Positions 35,411 to 39,756 of a stretch of DNA of 39,756 nt are shown piece by piece. The notes below the pieces were generated by a model that did no database searches, was not told where the DNA came from, and worked only from the letters and a program-made list of their open reading frames with translations. Source of the stretch: Folioceros fuciformis. Its lineage: Eukaryota. The stretch covers positions 80,447 to 120,202 of the forward strand of contig JBNGIO010006079.1 in NCBI GenBank assembly GCA_049999805.1. Direction: 5' to 3'. A program made the position numbers and the translations under genes. Numbering within the stretch: the stretch's first letter is position 1; each line of letters opens with the position of its first letter.

Positions 35411-36098
35411 AGCTTCGCGGCCAGCGAAGCGCATGCTTTAGGGTTGAAAGTAGCGGCGGTGACGAGAGCACTCGTGGGGTGACGCATCCAGCAAGTTGTA
35501 TTCAGGATGGTTACCGGCGACGTGAAGGTGCTCTTGTGGTAGGGAAGGACGCAGGAATCGACAGCGGAGCCTTTGGAAGCAAGGGCTGCCTCTCATTCAC
35601 TACCCTGATGTGACCTCGGACAACGTGCCATTTTTCAACACTTTTCTAACATCAGTCACAAGTGTGGCGACAGGTCATACACCGGTGGATGGTAGGAGGA
35701 ATAGTAGGATTAAATTATGTCTAAGAGTAGCATACATAGTTTTGTCCACTCACTGGATGTGCAGCACTCATGAACTCGGCGAAAAAACTTGGAGGGTCGC
35801 ACCTTGGGTAGATCTACAGATTTGCAGGTGGATCTCTAGGTTCTTGATCCCTCTCTCAGCTGTCCGTCCTCGGCTCCCTCGAAGTGGGACGTGGACAGAC
35901 GGTGGCTATGGACAGCTCCATTGTTCGCCCCTTGAAATCCTCTGGTCCGTCCGTCCTACCAGTCTATGGGATCTGGCTACCAGTCTATGGGATCTGGCTG
36001 GTTGCCAAGTGAATGGGACCGGAGGCTCCAATTCGATGTTTGATTTGGAGGAGGGGCGTGGCATGGTCTCATGTATGTGGTATGTATTTGCAAAACAT

Positions 36099-36221
36099 GT
36101 CAATGTGGTCTGATATGGGCCTTGAACGCGTCGATGTGGTCTGATATGGGCCTTGAACGCGTCAATGTGGTCCGATATCGGCCCTTGACCATGCCAATGC
36201 GGTCAGACATGAGTCCTTGAC
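36099..36221 (+). repeat. 31-bp tandem repeat x4, degenerating toward the 3' end
   Basis: GTC(A/G)ATGTGGTCTGATATGGGCCTTGAACGC at 36099, 36130, 36161 and ~36193. Neighbouring duplications of 21 bp (~35956-35999) and 27 bp (~36387-36440) are also present. Confidence 0.9.
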
Positions 36222-36910
36222 AATTGCATGTTCATTTATTCGACTTTGAGTGGTTCTAATATATTAAATTAACATGCCTTTAAAAGTTATTTCAGGTTTC
36301 TATAAAAATTCTTTCTTTAAACAGATTAATTCTTCTCTGAAAAGAGTTAGTTCCTCGTTCCTTTATGCAAGAAGGAGCTCCTCCAAGCAACAAAAAGTAC
36401 TTTGCTAGATGCTGCAACAAAAAGTACTTTGCTAGATGCTTCATATCTAATTCTTGCTGCGTCAAAGTTACTTCTAAGTGTCCTAATACTAGCTTATTGA
36501 AATATTTTTAAGCTTTGATTTTTAAAGATAAATGGATTTGTATATCTAATTATCCTATTTCAGTCCAATCTTCATAGGTGTACCAACCTTTATTGTCAAC
36601 CTTTATTGTTTCTCTATATGATCTTTAGGCACTACTGGTAGTCATTAGGCTTCGAGGGGTTAGCCCATAGTATTTGTATCATGGTTTATCTCCCTCTTTA
36701 GGGGTAGATGGGTTTTTTCATCTTGCTTTCTTAATTACATAAATCAATCTTTATAGGTAGCTATTTTATTTCAATCTAGTACGTCAGTCCTTATCGTTAC
36801 TATGCATTTTAGTCCAATCTTCATAGGTACACTTTATCATTACTATATATTTCAATTAAGAACCTTTGATGGATTTACAAACTTTGTGTTCCTTCTCACA
36901 TATTTCATAG

Positions 36911-37215
36911 CTTTCCCTCGCAATAGATCAACAACAAAGAGAACTTAACCAAGTCCTTGAAGAGGCTTTATAGCACATGGTGGATGAGCAACAAAGAGAG
37001 CTTAACCCCAACTTAGTGGAAATGCTTTGGAACACATGATGGATGAGCAACGAAGAGACCTTAGCCAACTTCCTGAAAATGCTTTGGAGCACATGATGGA
37101 TAAGCAATGACAACAACTTAATCAACTTCCTGAAAATGCTTTGGAGCACACGATAGACGAGCAATGAATAGATCTTTATGAACTTGTGGAACATGCTTCA
37201 CAGCAATCCTTTAGA
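36911..37215 (+). pseudogene. Decayed coding fragment made of five ~57-nt (19-aa) tandem repeats
   Basis: Units start at 36929, 36986, 37045, 37102 and 37159. Consensus translation is about EQRRDLNQLPENALEHMMD, interrupted by TAG/TGA stops and one 2-nt insertion. Confidence 0.55.
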
Positions 37216-38751
37216 GTGCTTAAAACAAGTGGATAATGACTTTGGTGGGATCAAAAGGAATGCCTTTGAATCGCTTGATTTATCCTTGTGATCCCACTTG
37301 GCAATTTCATCTATTGTAGGCGATGGAATGGAATTAAGGGAGGCTTCTTATAGGTACAATCCATAATAGAGTTTGTAGAAGGAGTTGTTTGTGCTGGCTT
37401 GCGATGTCTTGCCTTCAAAAATTCATGCTTCAAACAGATGTTTCCACAACTCTGGATGACACGAGATTGTATGGGTGGGGATGCAAGTTGTATGGTGAAA
37501 AATTTGGGAAAAATCAAGTTTGTGTAACAGGATCCACATCGTTGCCCTTAAGATTGGTCTTGTTCCTAACTCTGGACAATGAATTATAGCAAAAAATTTT
37601 AATGATTTTGTTCTAAAGGGCTAGGTTTGCACAACAGGGATATCTAAAAAGAAGAACTAGTTTATCCTTCATCGTTTTTATATGTAAAAAGCTAAAGGTG
37701 TTATGCAGGTAACCAAGCTATGCTAGGCACATAAAAAAAATAGCTTCTAGTATTGTGCCCAGTTATAAATTTCATTGTCAATATCCACAGCTCCAGTTTG
37801 GTAATCAACCCTCATAAACTAGAAAATGATTGCGCACTTCTTTAGGTTTAGAAGTTGGCCTATGATCGTGTGTCTAGCCTTGCATCTATCACCATCTCTT
37901 TGCACATTTTTCGGTACAAGTCTGAAGAGTGCGAGTTGGTAAGCATATTTTCTACCAGCCACAACTTTGCACTAGGAGAGCAAGAGCTCAATGTGAAGTT
38001 AGGATGAGGTGAGGTCGGCATGATTGCTCGGCGACTATGTAAATGGGCAATGAGCTTTACTTACCCTTAGCAATTGTGCTTAATATTATTAATATTATTT
38101 CTCATCTTTGCTTATCTACCCTTCCTATGTTGTTGTGCGCCTTTGGAGCAACATTTGTCTAGCCTAGAATTACAGTAAATGTAAACATATGCAAGAAGCT
38201 GCCTCCATTGTTCACCTTTAGCACTACTCCACATTAATCTACTCAGATGCCAGTAATAGCAACTACCTGCTGCTATGAGGCCTTAAACAATCAGTCTCGT
38301 GCGTGTTTTAAGTCGTAACGTAGCAATTCCCTATGCAACATGTAGAACTTCACGCTTTCTGCATCAAGTGGACAGCTCTCACGAGTCTGGGCTCGTTGAA
38401 ACCCTTACTTTCGTCCTTTACTGCCTCGCACCATTGTGAGCTCCCAGAGATTGGGACACGGGCAGAACTGTGCAGCTTACGAGATTGGGACCGGGACATA
38501 CACATGTTCAGGTTGCGTGAGGAGGCTCCAATTGGAACTCTTGGGACGGAGGCTATAAATGTCCCATGTACATGTGTATGTACATATGTAGTTGCTTGCT
38601 CACATGAGAGGCGGCGCCAATTGAATTCTCGAGTGTATTCTTTATTACAGTATGTGTCAATGGCTGCTATCGTGAGCCTCCAGGGATTGGTACGGTGTGC
38701 CTCTTTACATATTTTGCTTCGGTGTGCCTCTTCGGAATCGACGGATTTATA

Positions 38752-39698
38752 CTACAAGCCAAAGTTGAAAGAGTGGAAAGGGAAAGCCACAGTGGAGGAG
38801 GTGTGCATCTTACATTGTTCGGCCACGTCTGCCTGCAAACTCGCTGGCCCGCATGTGAACACGCCTACACGCTTGCCCGCATGTCGAGCGGCGAGAGCTC
38901 GGAATATTTCTGCGACACGAATCATCAGATGTGTGTAGCATCCACATTCCAGCCCCCAACCTTTCAGCACTATCTGCTCAATGGAGTAGTAGAAGGTCCA
39001 CTGCAATCTACAAACCTGGGAAGTTGGGTCTGCAACCGTACTGGACATTGTCTAGTGCAAACAGCTTTGGGTCCCCCTGGACAGACTTGGCTGCGTCCAT
39101 CCCTGTGACATCAGGCATCTGCGGGTCACTGTCTGTGGAGCTATAAAACTTGGGCCCCAGCCAGCTGTTGCACACCCAAGAAACTGCTCCTCCAAAGCCA
39201 GCTATGCCCACCAGCATAGAGAGAAAGCTGAACGAGACCTCTGCCCAGGAGGGATACACGTGCCCGTTGTGGTTCATCCTCGGATCCAAGTAATGCTTGG
39301 AAATGCTCCCCGAAATGAACAGATGGCCCATCAGGGAAGCAGCCAGCACAATCAAGATCCCTCGATTGCTATCCCTGCCAGTCTCCGGCTCAAGAGCGGA
39401 TGCAGCGGCCCGGTCCTTGTGGACGGAGGATTCAACGTCGATAGTAGTAGCTTCCATGTCTGCTGCCTTCTCCCGGGTGACATGAGCTTGTAATTGAAAA
39501 GTTGCCTGCTTGGCGACATTCAGTGGAAGAACTGCATCCAAGATTTGCAGCTCCCTGGAGCTCCTAACAGCCCAGATGAGCGTCACATCTGTAGGGCTCT
39601 TCGATCGCTGGCGGAGATAGATGTGATTGAGCTCCGTGAGCATAGACAGGAACGGGGAGATGCCACTGCCCCCAGCCACGAAGATGAGGGAATCGTAC
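38752..39698 (-). CDS. FRO: Ferric reduction oxidase (FRO), last two exons (39698-39016, 38909-38752); the rest lies beyond the window
   Basis: NAD(P)H-binding motifs YDSLIFVAGGSGISPFLS and LIWAVR, two extra TM helices typical of FRO, YGCRPNF, VGVFTCGP.SL and C-terminal FHSFNF.L*. Intron GTTTGT(39015)...GTCGCAG(38910). Confidence 0.9.
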
Positions 39699-39756
39699 CT
39701 GCCATGAAACAATGCCACCTTCAGTCCTTCAAATCTGCTGCAATTCCATTTGAACG

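Noticed and set aside
38333..39146. Plus-strand ORFs of 201 and 137 aa
   Set aside because: They are antisense to the FRO last exon and 3'UTR and have no domain features.
3727..39698. Metal-homeostasis gene cluster (P5A ATPase, MRS2, FRO)
   Set aside because: The genes are far apart and interspersed with unrelated housekeeping genes, and P5A is mainly a helix dislocase. Coincidence is the simpler explanation.

Overview
Eukaryotic nuclear DNA from a compact, gene-dense land-plant genome. Most GT-AG introns are about 80-150 nt, several intergenic gaps are under 300 bp, and exons are GC-rich. This is consistent with a non-seed plant such as a hornwort, but the organism is an inference. Twelve protein-coding genes can be read. 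In order: a 5'-truncated acidic multi-pass membrane protein (At4g39840-like), pTAC7/PAP12 (-), a 22-exon P5A ATPase PDR2 (+), an arabinogalactan peptide (+), a divergent MRS2 Mg2+ channel (-), a FAS1-domain protein (-), a miniature FRG1-like protein (-), EIF1AD (+), a long Ser/Pro-rich At2g37070/At3g53320-like protein with an internal intron+exon duplication (+), a CIP111/AFG2-type double AAA ATPase (+), an ACR9/10-type ACT-repeat protein (+), and the 3' end of a ferric reductase oxidase (-). Non-genic blocks at about 13.1-14.0, 29.3-33.3 and 35.8-38.3 kb hold clustered short tandem duplications and a decayed 19-aa-repeat exon. All family assignments come from recalled motifs, not from database searches. 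No prokaryotic-type system, CRISPR array, rRNA or tRNA was seen. The most notable items are the domain-less FRG1-like gene and its tight coupling to the FAS1 gene, the intron+exon duplication, a G4 plus uORF leader, and the divergent PAP12.
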